NCBI GenBank assembly: GCA_964016885.1
Contig: OZ024744.1
Location: 11,346,001 to 11,410,000, forward strand
Direction of reading: 5' to 3'
DNA: 64,000 nt
Source: Eledone cirrhosa
Lineage: Eukaryota
The first letter of the stretch is position 1, and each line of letters begins with the position of its first letter. The notes below the pieces were generated by a model. The model had not been told where the DNA came from, did not search any database, and saw only the letters and a program-made list of their open reading frames with translations. Of this stretch, positions 13,201 to 28,300 are shown piece by piece. The position numbers and the translations under genes are program-made.

Positions 13201-15895
13201 TCGAATATGTTGTGTTGTTATACTCGAATATATTGTGTTGTTATACTCGAATATGTTGTGCTGTTGTACTCCAATATGTCGTGTTGTTGTACTCCAATAT
13301 ATCATGTAGTTGTACTCCAATATTTCGTGTTGTTGTACCCCAATATGTAGTGTTGTTTATACTCCAATATGTTTTGCTGTTGTACTCCAATATGTTGTGT
13401 TGCTGTACTCCTATATGTTGTGTTGTTATTCTCCAATATGTTGTGCTGTTGTACTCCAATGTGTTGTGTTGTTATACTCCAATATGTTGTGTTGATTTAC
13501 TCCAATATGTTGTGTTGTTGTACTCCAATCTGTTGTGTTGTTATACTCCAATGTGTTGTGTTGTTATACTCCAATATGTTGTGTTGTTGTAGTCCAATAT
13601 GTTGTGTTGTCGTACTCCAATATGTTGTGTTGTTATACTCCAATATTTCGTGTGGTTGTACTCCAATATGTCATGGTGTTGTACTTCAATATGTCGTGTT
13701 GTTGTACTCCAATATGTTGTCTTGCTGTACTCCAATATGTTGTGTTGTTGTACTCCAATATCTTGTGTTCTTATACTCCAATATGTTGTGTTGTTATACT
13801 CCAATATGTTGTGTTGTTGTACTCCAATATGTTGTGCTGTTTTACTCCAATATGTTGTGTTGTTGTACTCCAATATGTTGTATTGTTTTTCTCCAATATG
13901 TCATGTTATACCCCAATAAGTTGTGTTCTTGTACTCCAATATGTTGTGTTGTTGTACTCCAATATATCATGTTGTCGTACTCCAATATGTCATGTCATAC
14001 TCCAATATGTCATTGTTGTACTCCAATATGTCGTGTTGTTGTACTCCAATATGTCGTGTTGTTGTACTCCAATATGTTGTGTTGTTGTACTCCAATATGT
14101 TGTGTTGTTGTACTCCAATATGTTGTGTTGTTATACTCCAATATGTTATGTTGTTGTACTCCAATATGTCATGTTGTTGTACTCCAATATGTTTTGATGT
14201 TGTACTCCAATATGTTGTGTTGTTGAACTCCAATATGTTTTGATGTTGTAGTCCAATATGTTGTGTTGTTGTACTCCAATATGTTGTGTAGTCGTACTCC
14301 AATATGTTGTGTTGTTGTACTCCAATATGCTGTGATGTTGTACTCCAATATGATGTGCTGTTGTACTCCAATGCGTTGTGTTGTTGTACTCCAATATGCT
14401 GTGTTGTTATACTCCAATATGTTGTGTTGTTGTACTCCAATATGTTGTGTTGTTGTACTCCAATATGTTGTGTTGTTGTAATCCAATATCTTGTGTAGTT
14501 ATACTCCAATATGTTGTGCTGTTGTACTCCAATATGTTGAGTTGTTATACTCCAATATGTAGTGTTGTTATACTCCAATATGTTGTGTTGTTGTACTCCA
14601 ATCTGTTGCGTTATACTCCAATATGTTGTGTTGTTATACTCCAATATGTTGTGTTGTTATACTCCAATATGTTGTGTTGTTTTACTCCAATATGTTGTAT
14701 TGTTGATCTCCAATATGTCATATTATACTCCAATAAGTTGTGTTCTTGTACTCCAATATGTGTTGTTGTTGTACTCCAATATGTTGCGTTGTTGTACTCC
14801 AATATATCATGTTGTCGTACTCCAATATGTCATGTTATACTCCAATATGTTTTGATGCTGTACTCCAATATGTTGTGTTGTTGTACTACAATATGTTGTG
14901 TTGTTGTACTCCAATATGTTGTGTTGTTATACTCCAATATGTTGTGCTGTTGTACTCCAATATGCTGTGTTGTTATACTCCAATATGTAGTGTTGTTATA
15001 CTCCAATATGTTGTGTTGTTGTACTCCAATCTGTTGTGTTGTTATACTCCAATATATTGTGTTGTTATACTCCAATATGTTGTGTTGTTTTACTCCAATA
15101 TGTTGTGTTGTTGTACTCCAATATGTTGTATTGTTGTTCTCCAATATGTCATGTTATACTCCAATAAGTTGTGTTCTTGTACTCCAATATGTTGTGTTGT
15201 TGTACTCCAATATGTTGTGTTGTTGTACTCCAATATATCATGTTGTCGTACTCCAATATGTCATGTTATACTCCAATATGTCGTTGTTATACTCCAATAT
15301 GTCATGATGTTGTCCTCCAATATGTCGTGTTCTTGTACTCCAATATGTCGTGTTGTCGTACTCCAATATGTTGTGTTGTTGTACTCCAATATGTTGTGCT
15401 GTTGTACTCCAATATGTTGTGTTGTTGTACTCCAATATGTTGTGTTGTTATACTCCAATATGGTGTGCTGTTGTACTCCAATATTTCGTGTTGTTGTACT
15501 CCAATACGTCGTGTTGTACTCCAATAGGTTGTGTTGTTATACTCCAATATGTTATGTTGTTGTACTCCAATGTGTCTTGTTGTTGTACTCCAATATGTTT
15601 TGATGTTGTACTCCAATATGTTGTGTTGTTGTACTCCAATATGTTTTGATGTTGTACTCCAATATGTTGTGTTGTTGTACTCCAATATGTTGTGTAGTCG
15701 TATTCCAATATGTTGTGTTGTTGTACTCTAATATGTTTTGTTGTTATTCTCCAATATGTTGTGATGTTGTACTCCAATGTGTTGTGTTGTTGTACTCCAA
15801 TGTGATGTGTTGCTGTACTCCAATATGTTGTGCTGTTGTACTCCAATATTTTTTTGTTTTTTGTACTCCAATATGTTGTGTTGTTATACTCCAAT
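10300..15895 (+). repeat. Left-domain HOR unit 3 (~5596 bp)
   Basis: Marker at 10323 and 15919. ORF pairs are 5217/10557 (5340), 7002/12596 and 9146/14740 (5594). This unit has ~230 bp extra near 12010-12240. Confidence 0.88.
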
Positions 15896-18800
15896 ATGTT
15901 GTGTTGTTATACTCCAATATGGTGTGTTGTTGTACTCCAATATGTTGTATTGTTTTCTCCAATATGTCATGTTATACTCCAATATGGTGTGTTCGTGTAC
16001 TCCAATATGTTGTGTTATTGTACTCCAATATGTTGCGTTGTTGTACTCCAATATGTTGTGTTGTTATACTCCAATATGTCGTGTGGCTGTACTCCAATAT
16101 GTCATGTTGTTGTACTCCAATATGTCTTGTTATAGTCCAATATGTCGTGTTGTTGTACTCCAATATATCATGTAGTTGTACTCCAATATTTCGTGTTGTT
16201 GTACCCCAATATGTAGTGTTGTTTATACTCCAATATGTTTTGCTGTTGTACTCCAATATGTTGTGTTGCTGTACTCCTATATGTTGTGTTGTTATTCTCC
16301 AATATGTTGTGCTGTTGTACTCCAATGTGTTGTGTTGTTATACTCCAATGTGTTGTGTTGTTATACTCCAATATGTTGTGTTGTTGTAGTCCAATATGTT
16401 GTGTTGTCGTACTCCAATATGTTGTGTTGTTATACTCCAATATTTCGTGTGGTTGTACTCCAGTATGTCATGGTGTTGTACTTCAATATGTCGTGTTGTT
16501 GTACTCCAATATGCTGTGTTGGCTGTGCTCCAATACGTTGTGTTGTTGTACTCCAATATGCTGTGCTGCTGTACTCCAATATGTTGTGTTGTTGTACTCC
16601 AATATATTGTGTTGTTGTACTCCAATATGTTGTGTTGTTGTACTCCAATCTATATCGCTGTTGTACTCCAATATGTTGTGTTGTTGTACTCCAATATGTT
16701 GTGCTGTTGTACTCCAATATGTTGTGCTGTTGTACTCCAATATGTTGTGCTGTTATACTCCAATATATTGTGTTGTTATACTCCAATATGTTGTGTTGTT
16801 GTACTCCAAAATATTGTGTTGTTATACTCCAATATGTTGTGTTGTTATACTCCAATAGGTTGTGCTGTTATACTCCAATATGTTGTGTTGTTGTACTCCA
16901 ATATGTTGTGCTGTTGTACTCCAATATTTTGTGTTGTTATACTCCAATATGTGGTATTGTTGTACTCCAATATGTTGTGCTGTTGTACTCCAATATGTTG
17001 TGTTGTTATACTCCAACATGTTGTGTTGTTATACTCCAATATGTTGTGTTGTTATACTCGAATATGTTGTGTTGTTATACTCGAATATCTTGTGTTGTTA
17101 TACTCGAATATGTTGTGCTGTTGTACTCCAATATGTCGTGTTGTTGTACTCCAATATATCATGTAGTTGTACTCCAATATTTCGTGTTGTTGTACCCCAA
17201 TATGTAGTGTTTATACTCCAATATGTTTTGCTGTTGTACTCCAATATGTTGTGTTGCTGTACTCCTATATGTTGTGTTGTTATTCTCCAATATGTTGTGC
17301 TGTTGTACTCCAATGTGTTGTGTTGTTATACTCCAATATGTTGTGTTGATTTACTCCAATATGTTGTGTTGTTGTACTCCAATCTGTTGTGTTGTTATAC
17401 TCCAATGTGTTGTGTTGTTATACTCCAATATGTTGTGTTGTTGTAGTCCAATATGTTGTGTTGTCGTACTCCAATATGTTGTGTTGTTATACTCCAATAT
17501 TTCGTGTGGTTGTACTCCAATATGTCATGGTGTTGTACTTCAATATGTCGTGTTGTTGTACTCCAATATGTTGTCTTGCTGTACTCCAATATGTTGTGTT
17601 GTTGTACTCCAATATCTTGTGTTCTTATACTCCAATATGTTGTGTTGTTATACTCCAATATGTTGTGTTGTTGTACTCCAATATGTTGTGCTGTTTTACT
17701 CCAATATGTTATGTTGTTGTACTCCAATATGTCATGTTGTTGTACTCCAATATGTTTTGATGTTGTACTCCAATATGTTGTGTTGTTGTACTCCAATATG
17801 TTTTGATGTTGTAGTCCAATATGTTGTGTTGTTATACTCCAATATGTTATGTTGTTGTACTCCAATATGTCATGTTGTTGTACTCCAATATGTTTTGATG
17901 TTGTACTCCAATATGTTGTGTTGTTGTACTCCAATATGTTTTGATGTTGTAGTCCAATATGTTGTGTTGTTGTACTCCAATATGTTGTGTAGTCGTACTC
18001 CAATATGTTGTGTTGTTGTACTCCAATATGCTGTGATGTTGTACTCCAATATGACGTGCTGTTGTACTCCAATGCGTTGTGTTGTTGTACTCCAATATGC
18101 TGTGTTGTTATACTCCAATATGTTGTGTTGTTGTACTCCAATATGTTGTGTTGTTGTACTCCAATATGTTGTGTTGTTGTAATCCAATATCTTGTGTAGT
18201 TATACTCCAATATGTTGTGCTGTTGTACTCCAATATGTTGAGTTGTTATACTCCAATATGTAGTGTTGTTATACTCCAATATGTTGTGTTGTTGTACTCC
18301 AATCTGTTGCGTTATACTCCAATATGTTGTGTTGTTATACTCCAATATGTTGTGTTGTTATACTCCAATATGTTGTGTTGTTTTACTCCAATATGTTGTA
18401 TTGTTGATCTCCAATATGTCATATTATACTCCAATAAGTTGTGTTCTTGTACTCCAATATGTGTTGTTGTTGTACTCCAATATGTTGCGTTGTTGTACTC
18501 CATTATATCATGTTATACTCCAATAAGTTGTGTTCTTGTACTCCAATATGTTGTGTTGTTGTACTCCAATATGTTATGTTGTTGTACTCCAATATGTCAT
18601 GTTGTTGTACTCCAATATGTTTTGATGTTGTACTCCAATATGTTGTGTTGTTGTACTCCAATATATCATGTTGTCGTACTCCAATATGTCATGTTATACT
18701 CCAATATGTTGTGTTGTTGTACTCCAATATGTTTTGATGTTGTAGTCCAATATGTTGTGTTGTTATACTCCAATATGTGTTGTTGTTGTACTCCAATATG

Positions 18801-21018
18801 TTGCGTTGTTGTACTCCAATATATCATGTTATACTCCAATAAGTTGTGTTCTTGTACTCCAATATGTTGTGTTGTTGTACTCCAATATATCATGTTATAC
18901 TCCAATAAGTTGTGTTCTTGTACTCCAATATGTTGTGTTGTTGTACTCCAATATGTTGTGTTGTTGTACTCCAATATATCATGTTGTCGTACTCCAATAT
19001 GTCATGTTATACTCCAATATGTTGTGTTGTTGTACTCCAATATGTTTTGATGTTGTAGTCCAATATGTTGTGTTGTTATACTCCAATATGTGTTGTTGTT
19101 GTACTCCAATATGTTGCGTTGTTGTACTCCAATATATCATGTTATACTCCAATAAGTTGTGTTCTTGTACTCCAATATGTTTTGATGTTGTAGTCCAATA
19201 TGTTGTGTTGTTGTACTCCAATATGTTGTGTAGTCGTACTCCAATATGTTGTGTTGTTGTACTCCAATATGCTGTGATGTTGTACTCCAATATGACGTGC
19301 TGTTGTACTCCAATGCGTTGTGTTGTTGTACTCCAATATGCTGTGTTGTTATACTCCAATATGTTGTGTTGTTGTACTCCAATATGTTGTGTTGTTGTAC
19401 TCCAATATGTTGTGTTGTTGTAATCCAATATCTTGTGTAGTTATACTCCAATATGTTGTGCTGTTGTACTCCAATATGTTGAGTTGTTATACTCCAATAT
19501 GTCATGTTATACTCCAATATGTCGTTGTTATACTCCAATATGTCATGATGTTGTACTCCAATATGTCGTGTTCTTGTACTCCAATATGTCGTGTTGTCGT
19601 ACTCCAATATGTTGTGTTGTTGTACTCCAATATGTTGTGTTGTTTTACTCCAATATGTTGTATTGTTGATCTCCAATATGTCATATTATACTCCAATAAG
19701 TTGTGTTCTTGTACTCCAATATGTGTTGTTGTTGTACTCCAATATGTTGCGTTGTTGTACTCCAATATATCATGTTATACTCCAATAAGTTGTGTTCTTG
19801 TACTCCAATATGTTGTGTTGTTGTACTCCAATATGTTATGTTGTTGTACTCCAATATGTCATGTTGTTGTACTCCAATATGTTTTGATGTTGTACTCCAA
19901 TATGTTGTGTTGTTGTACTCCAATATGTTTTGATGTTGTAGTCCAATATGTTGTGTTGTTATACTCCAATATGTTATGTTGTTGTACTCCACTATGTCAT
20001 GTTGGTGTACTCCAATATGTTTTGATGTTGTACTCCAATATGTTGTGTTGTTATACTCCAATATGTTGTGCTGTTGTACTCCAATATGCTGTGTTGTTAT
20101 ACTCCAATATGTAGTGTTGTTATACTCCAATATGTTGTGTTGTTGTACTCCAATCTGTTGTGTTGTTATACTCCAATATATTGTGTTGTTATACTCCAAT
20201 ATGTTGTGTTGTTTTACTCCAATATGTTGTGTTGTTGTACTCCAATATGTTGTATTGTTGTTCTCCAATATGTCATGTTATACTCCAATAAGTTGTGTTC
20301 TTGTACTCCAATATGTTGTGTTGTTGTACTCCAATATGTTGTGTTGTTGTACTCCAATATATCATGTTGTCGTACTCCAATATGTCATGTTATACTCCAA
20401 TATGTCGTTGTTATACTCCAATATGTCATGATGTTGTACTCCAATATGTCGTGTTCTTGTACTCCAATATGTCGTGTTGTCGTACTCCAATATGTTGTGC
20501 TGTTGTACTCCAATATGTTGTGCTGTTGTACTCCAATATGTTGTGTTGTTGTACTCCAATATGTTGTGTTGTTATACTCCAATATGTTGTGCTGTTGTAC
20601 TCCAATATTCCGTGTTGTTGTACTCCAATACGTCGTGTTGTACTCCAATATGTTGTGTTGTTATACTCCAATATGTTATGTTGTTGTACTCCAATGTGTC
20701 TTGTTGTTGTACTCCAATATGTTTTGATGTTGTACTCCAATATGTTGTGTTGTTGTACTCCAATATGTTTTGATGTTGTACTCCAATATGTTGTGTTGTT
20801 GTACTCCAATATGTTGTGTAGTCGTATTCCAATATGTTGTGTTGTTGTACTCTAATATGTTTTGTTGTTATTCTCCAATATGTTGTGATGTTGTACTCCA
20901 ATGTGTTGTGTTGTTGTACTCCAATGTGATGTGTTGCTGTACTCCAATATGTTGTGCTGTTGTACTCCAATATTTTTTGTTTTTTGTACTCCAATATGTT
21001 GTGTTGTTATACTCCAAT
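15896..21018 (+). repeat. Left-domain HOR unit 4 (~5123 bp), internally deleted and rearranged
   Basis: Marker at 15919 and 21042. A deletion junction at ~16510 joins the CTTCAAT block directly to GGCTGTGCTCC. Several small duplications lie at 17700-20050. Confidence 0.8.
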
Positions 21019-22339
21019 ATGTTGTGTTGTTATACTCCAATATGGTGTGTTGTTGTACTCCAATATGTTGTATTGTTTTCTCCAATATGTCATGTTATAC
21101 TCCAATATGGTGTGTTCGTGTACTCCAATATGTTGTGTTATTGTACTCCAATATGTTGCGTTGTTGTACTCCAATATGTTGTGTTGTTATACTCCAATAT
21201 GTCGTGTGGCTGTACTCCAATATGTCATGTTGTTGTACTCCAATATGTCTTGTTATAGTCCAATATGTCGTGTTGTTGTACTCCAATATATCATGTAGTT
21301 GTACTCCAATATTTCGTGTTGTTGTACCCCAATATGTAGTGTTGTTTATACTCCAATATGTTTTGCTGTTGTACTCCAATATGTTGTGTTGCTGTACTCC
21401 TATATGTTGTGTTGTTATTCTCCAATATGTTGTGCTGTTGTACTCCAATGTGTTGTGTTGTTATACTCCAATGTGTTGTGTTGTTATACTCCAATATGTT
21501 GTGTTGTTGTAGTCCAATATGTTGTGTTGTCGTACTCCAATATGTTGTGTTGTTATACTCCAATATTTCGTGTGGTTGTACTCCAGTATGTCATGGTGTT
21601 GTACTTCAATATGTCGTGTTGTTGTACTCCAATATGTTGTCTTGTTGTACTCCAATCTGTTGTATTGTTGTACTTCAATATGTTCTGTTGTTGTACTCCA
21701 ATATATTGTGTTGTTGTACTCCAATATGTTGTGTTGTTGTACTCCAATATGCTGTGTTGTTGTACTCCAATATGTTGTGTTGTTGTACTCCAATATGTTG
21801 TGTTGTTGTACTCCAATATCTTGTGTTCTTATACTCCAATATGTTGTGTTGTTATACTCCAATATGTTGTGTTGTTGTACTCCAATATGTTGTGCTGTTG
21901 TACTCCAATATGATGTGCTGTTGTACTCCAATATGTTGTGTTGTTGTACTCCAATGTGTTGTGTTGTTGTACTCCAATATGTTGTGCCGTTGTACTCCAA
22001 TATTTTTTTGTTTTTGTACTCCAAAATGTTGTGTTGTTATACTCCAATATGTTGTGTTGGTGTACTCCAATATGGTGTGCTGTTGTACTCCAAATCTCGT
22101 GTTGTTATACTCCAATGTGTTGTGTTGTTATACTCCAATATGTTGTGTTGTTGAACTCCAATATGTTGTATTGTTTTTCTCCAATATGTCATGTTATACT
22201 CCAATATGTCGTGTTGCTGTACTCCAATATGTCATGCTGTTGTACTTCAATATGTTTTGCTGTTGTACTCCACCGTGTTGTGTTGTTGAACTCCAATACG
22301 TTGTGTTGTTGTTCTCCAATATTTTGTGCTGTTGTACTC

Positions 22340-25300
22340 CAATTTGTGTTGTTGTACTCCAATATGTTGTGTTGTTGTACTCCAATATGTTGTGTTGTTG
22401 TACTCCAATATGTTGTGTTGTTATACTCCAATATGTTGTGCTGTTGTACTCCAATATTTCGTGTTGTTGTACTCCATTACGTCGTGTTGTTGTACTCCAA
22501 TATGTTTTGATGTTGTACTCAAATATGTTGTGTTGTTGTACTCCAATATGTTTTGATGTTGTACTCCAATATGTTGTGTTGTTGTACTCCAATATGTTGT
22601 GTAGTCTTAATCCAATATGTTGTGTTGTTGTACTCCAATATGCTGTGATGTTGTACTCCAATATGATGATGTTGTACTCCAATGTGTTGTGTTGTTGTAC
22701 TCCAATGTGATGTGTTGTTGTACTCCAATATGTTGTGCCATTGTACTCCAATATTTTTTATATTTGTACTCCAATATGTTGTGTTGTTATACTCCAATAT
22801 GTTGTGCTGTTGTACTCCAAATCTCGTGTTGTTATACTCCAATGTGTTGTGTTGTTATACTCCAATATGGTGTGCTGTTGTAGTCCAATATGTTGTATTG
22901 TTTTTTTCCAATATGTCATGTTATACTCCAATATGTTGTGTTCGTGTACTCCAATATGTTGTGTTATTGTACTCCAATATGTTGCGTTGTTGTACTCCAA
23001 TATGTTGTGTTGTTATACTCCAATATGTTGTGTTGTTGTACTCCAATATGTTGTCTTGTTGTACTCCAAAAGGCCATGTTATCGTACTCCAATATGTCTT
23101 GTTATACTCCAATATGTCGTGTGGCTGTACTCCAATATGTAATGTTGTTGTACTCCAATATGTCTTGTTATAGTCCAATATGTCGTGTTGTTGTACTCCA
23201 ATATGTCATGTAGTTGTATTCCAATATTTCGTGTTGTTGTACCCCAATATGTCGTGTTGTTTATACTCCAATATGTTTTGCTGTTGTACTCCAATATGTT
23301 GTGTTGCTGTATTCCAATATGTTGTGTTGTTATTCTCCAATATGTTGTGCTGTTGTACTCCAATGTGTTATGTTGTTATACTCCAATATGTTGTGCTGTG
23401 CTACTCCAATATATTGTGTTGTTGTACTCCAATGTGTTGTGTTGTTATACTCCAATATGTTGTGTTGATTTACTCCAATATGTTGTGTTGTTGTACTCCA
23501 ATCTGTTTTGTTGTTATACTCCAATATGTTGTGTTGTTATACTCCAATATGTTGTGTTGTTTTACTCCAATATGTTGTGTTGTTGTACTCCAATATGTTG
23601 TGTTGTTGTACTCCAATATGTTGTGTTGTTGTACTCCAATGTGTTGTGTTGTTATACTCCAATATGTTGTGTTGATTTACTCCAATATGTTGTGTTGTTG
23701 TACTCCAATCTGTTGTGTTGTTATACTCCAATATGTTGTGTTGTTTTACTCCAATATGTTGTGTTGTTGTACTCCAATATGTCATGTTGCTGTACTCCAA
23801 CATGTCGTGTTGTAGTACTCCAATATGTTTTGATGTTGTACTCCAATATGTTGTGTTGTTGTACTCCAATATGTTGTGTTGTTGTACTCCAATATGTTGT
23901 GTTGTTATACTCCAATATGTTGTGCTGTTGTACTCCAATATGTCATGTTGTTGTACTCCAATATTTCGTGTTGTTCTACTCCAATATTTCGTGTTGTTGT
24001 ACTCAAATATGTCGTGGTGTTGTACTCCAATATGTTTTGATGTTGTACTCCAATATGTCGTGTTGTTGTACTCCAATATGTTGTGTTGTTGTACTCCAAT
24101 ATGCTGTGTTGTTATACTCCTATATGTTGTGCTGTTGTACTTCAATATGTTGTGTTCTACTCCAATATGTTGTGTTGTTATACTCCAATATGTTGTGTTG
24201 TTGTACTCCAATATGTTGTGTTGTTGTACTCCAATATGTGATGTTGTTGTACTCCAATATGTCGTATTGTTGTACTCCAATATATTGTGTTGTTATACTC
24301 CAATATTTCGTGTTGTTTTAGTCCAATATGTCATGTTGTTTTACTCCAATATTTCGTGTTGTTGTACTCCAATATGTCATGGTGTTGTACTTCAATATGT
24401 CGTATTGTTGTACTCCAATATGTTGTGTTGTTGTTCTCCAATACGTCGTGTTGTTATACTCCAATATGTTATGATGTTGTACTCCAATATATTGTGTTGT
24501 TGTACTCCAATATGTTGTGTTGCTGTACTCCAATATGTTGTGTCGTTGTACTCCAATATGTTGTGTTGTTGTACTCCAATATGTTGTGTTGTTGTACTCC
24601 AATATGTTGTTGTACTCCAATATGCCATGTTGTTATACTCCAATATGTCGTGGTGTTGTACTCCAATATGTCATGTTGTTGTACTCCAATATTTCGTGTT
24701 GTTGTACTCCAATATGTCATAAGGGCTGTACTCCAATATGGTGTGTTGTTGAACTCCAATATGCTGTGTTGATGTACTCCAATAGGTTGTGTTGTTGTAC
24801 TCCAATATGCTGTGTTGGCTGTGCTCCAATACGTTGTGTTGTTGTACTCCAATATGTTGTGCTGCTGTACTCCAATATGTTGTGTTGTTGTACTCCAATA
24901 TGTTGTGTTGTTGTACTCCAATATGTTGTGCTGTTGTACTCCAATCTATATCGCTGTTGTACTCCAATATGTTGTGTTGTTGTACTCCAATATGTTGTGC
25001 TGTTGTACTCCAATATGTTGTGCTGTTGTACTCCAATATTTTGTGTTGTTATACTCCAATATATTGTGTTGTTATACTCCAATATGTTGTGTTGTTGTAC
25101 TCCAAAATATTGTGTTGTTATACTCCAATATGTTGTGTTGTTATACTCCAATATGTTGTGCTGTTATACTCCAATATGTTGTGTTGTTGTACTCCAATAT
25201 GTTGTGCTGTTATACTCCAATATTTTGTGTTGTTATACTCCAATATGTGGTATTGTTGTACTCCAATATGTTGTGCTGTTGTACTCCAATATGTTGTGTT

Positions 25301-28300
25301 GTTATACTCCAACATGTTGTGTTGTTATACTCCAATATGTTGTGTTGTTATACTCGAATATTTTGTGTTGTTATACTCGAATATCTTGTGTTGTTATACT
25401 CGAATATGTTGTGCTGTTGTACTCCAATATGTCGTGTTGTTGTACTCCAATATATCATGTAGTTGTACTCCAATATTTCGTGTTGTTGTACCCCAATATG
25501 TAGTGTTGTTTATACTCCAATATGTTTTGCTGTTGTACTCCAATATGATGTGCTGTTGTACTCCAATATGTTGTATTGTTGTTCTCCAATATGTCATGTT
25601 ATACTCCAATAAGTTGTGTTCTTGTACTCCAATATGTTGTGTTGTTGTACTCCAATATATCATGTTGTCGTACTCCAATATGTCATGTTATACTCCAATA
25701 TGTCATTGTTGTACTCCAATATGTCGTGTTGTTGTACTCCAATATGTCGTGCTGTTGTACTCCAATTTGTGTTGTTGTACTCCAATATGTTGTGTTGTTG
25801 TACTCCAATATGTTGTGTTGTTGTACTCCAATATGTTGTGTTGTTATACTCCAATATGTTGTGCTGTTGTACTCCAATATTTCGTGTTGTTGTACTCCAT
25901 TACGTCGTGTTGTTGTACTCCAATATGTTTTGATGTTGTACTCAAATATGTTGTGTTGTTGTACTCCAATATGTTTTGATGTTGTACTCCAATATGTTGT
26001 GTTGTTGTACTCCAATATGTTGTGTAGTCTTAATCCAATATGTTGTGTTGTTGTACTCCAATATGCTGTGATGTTGTACTCCAATATGATGTGATGTTGT
26101 ACTCCAATGTGTTGTGTTGTTGTACTCCAATGTGATGTGTTGTTGTACTCCAATATGTTGTGCCATTGTACTCCAATATTTTTTATATTTGTACTCCAAT
26201 ATGTTGTGTTGTTATACTCCAATATGTTGTGCTGTTGTACTCCAAATCTCGTGTTGTTATACTCCAATGTGTTGTGTTGTTATACTCCAATATGGTGTGC
26301 TGTTGTAGTCCAATATGTTGTATTGTTTTTTTCCAATATGTCATGTTATACTCCAATATGTTGTGTTCGTGTACTCCAATATGTTGTGTTATTGTACTCC
26401 AATATGTTGCGTTGTTGTACTCCAATATGTTGTGTTGTTATACTCCAATATGTTGTGTTGTTGTACTCCAATATGTTGTCTTGTTGTACTCCAAAAGGCC
26501 ATGTTATCGTACTCCAATATGTCTTGTTATACTCCAATATGTCGTGTGGCTGTACTCCAATATGTAATGTTGTTGTACTCCAATATGTCTTGTTATAGTC
26601 CAATATGTCGTGTTGTTGTACTCCAATATGTCATGTAGTTGTATTCCAATATTTCGTGTTGTTGTACCCCAATATGTCGTGTTGTTTATACTCCAATATG
26701 TTTTGCTGTTGTACTCCAATATGTTGTGTTGCTGTATTCCAATATGTTGTGTTGTTATTCTCCAATATGTTGTGCTGTTGTACTCCAATGTGTTATGTTG
26801 TTATACTCCAATATGTTGTGCTGTGCTACTCCAATATATTGTGTTGTTGTACTCCAATGTGTTGTGTTGTTATACTCCAATATGTTGTGTTGATTTACTC
26901 CAATATGTTGTGTTGTTGTACTCCAATCTGTTTTGTTGTTATACTCCAATATGTTGTGTTGTTATACTCCAATATGTTGTGTTGTTTTACTCCAATATGT
27001 TGTGTTGTTGTACTCCAATATGTTGTGTTGTTGTACTCCAATATGTTGTGTTGTTGTAATCCAATATCTTGTGTTGTTATACTCCAATATGTTGTGTTGT
27101 TGTACTCCAATATGTTGTGTTGTTGTACTCCAATGTGTTATGTTGTTATACTCCAATATGTTGTGCTGTGCTACTCCAATATAGTGTGTTGTTGTACTCC
27201 AATGTGTTGTGTTGTTATACTCCAATATGTTGTGTTGATTTACTCCAATATGTTGTGTTGTTGTACTCCAATCTGTTGTGTTGTTATACTCCAATATGTT
27301 GTGTTGTTATACTCCAATATGTTGTGTTGTTTTACTCCAATATGTTGTGTTGTTGTACTCCAATATGTCATGTTGCTGTACTCCAACATGTCGTGTTGTA
27401 GTACTCCAATATGTTTTGATGTTGTACTCCAATATGTTGTGTTGTTGTACTCCAATATGTTGTGTTGTTGTACTCCAATATGTTGTGTTGTTATACTCCA
27501 ATATGTTGTGCTGTTGTACTCCAATATGTCATGTTGTTGTACTCCAATATTTCGTGTTGTTCTACTCCAATATTTCGTGTTGTTGTACTCCAATATGTCG
27601 TGGTGTTGTACTCCAATATGTTTTGATGTTGTACTCCAATATGTCGTGTTGTTGTACTCCAATATGTTGTGTTGTTGTACTCCAATATGCTGTGTTGTTA
27701 TACTCCTATATGTTGTGCTGTTGTACTTCAATATGTTGTGTTCTACTCCAATATGTTGTGTTGTTATACTCCAATATGTTGTGTTGTTGTACTCCAATAT
27801 GTTGTGTTGTTGTACTCCAATATGTGATGTTGTTGTACTCCAATATGTCGTATTGTTGTACTCCAATATATTGTGTTGTTATACTCCAATATTTCGTGTT
27901 GTTTTAGTCCAATATGTCATGTTGTTTTACTCCAATATTTCGTGTTGTTGTACTCCAATATGTCATGGTGTTGTACTTCAATATGTCGTATTGTTGTACT
28001 CCAATATGTTGTGTTGTTGTTCTCCAATACGTCGTGTTGTTATACTCCAATATGTTATGATGTTGTACTCCAATATATTGTGTTGTTGTACTCCAATATG
28101 TTGTGTTGCTGTACTCCAATATGTTGTGTCGTTGTACTCCAATATGTTGTGTTGTTGTACTCCAATATGTTGTGTTGTTGTACTCCAATATGTTGTTGTA
28201 CTCCAATATGCCATGTTGTTATACTCCAATATGTCGTGGTGTTGTACTCCAATATGTCATGTTGTTGTACTCCAATATTTCGTGTTGTTGTACTCCAATA

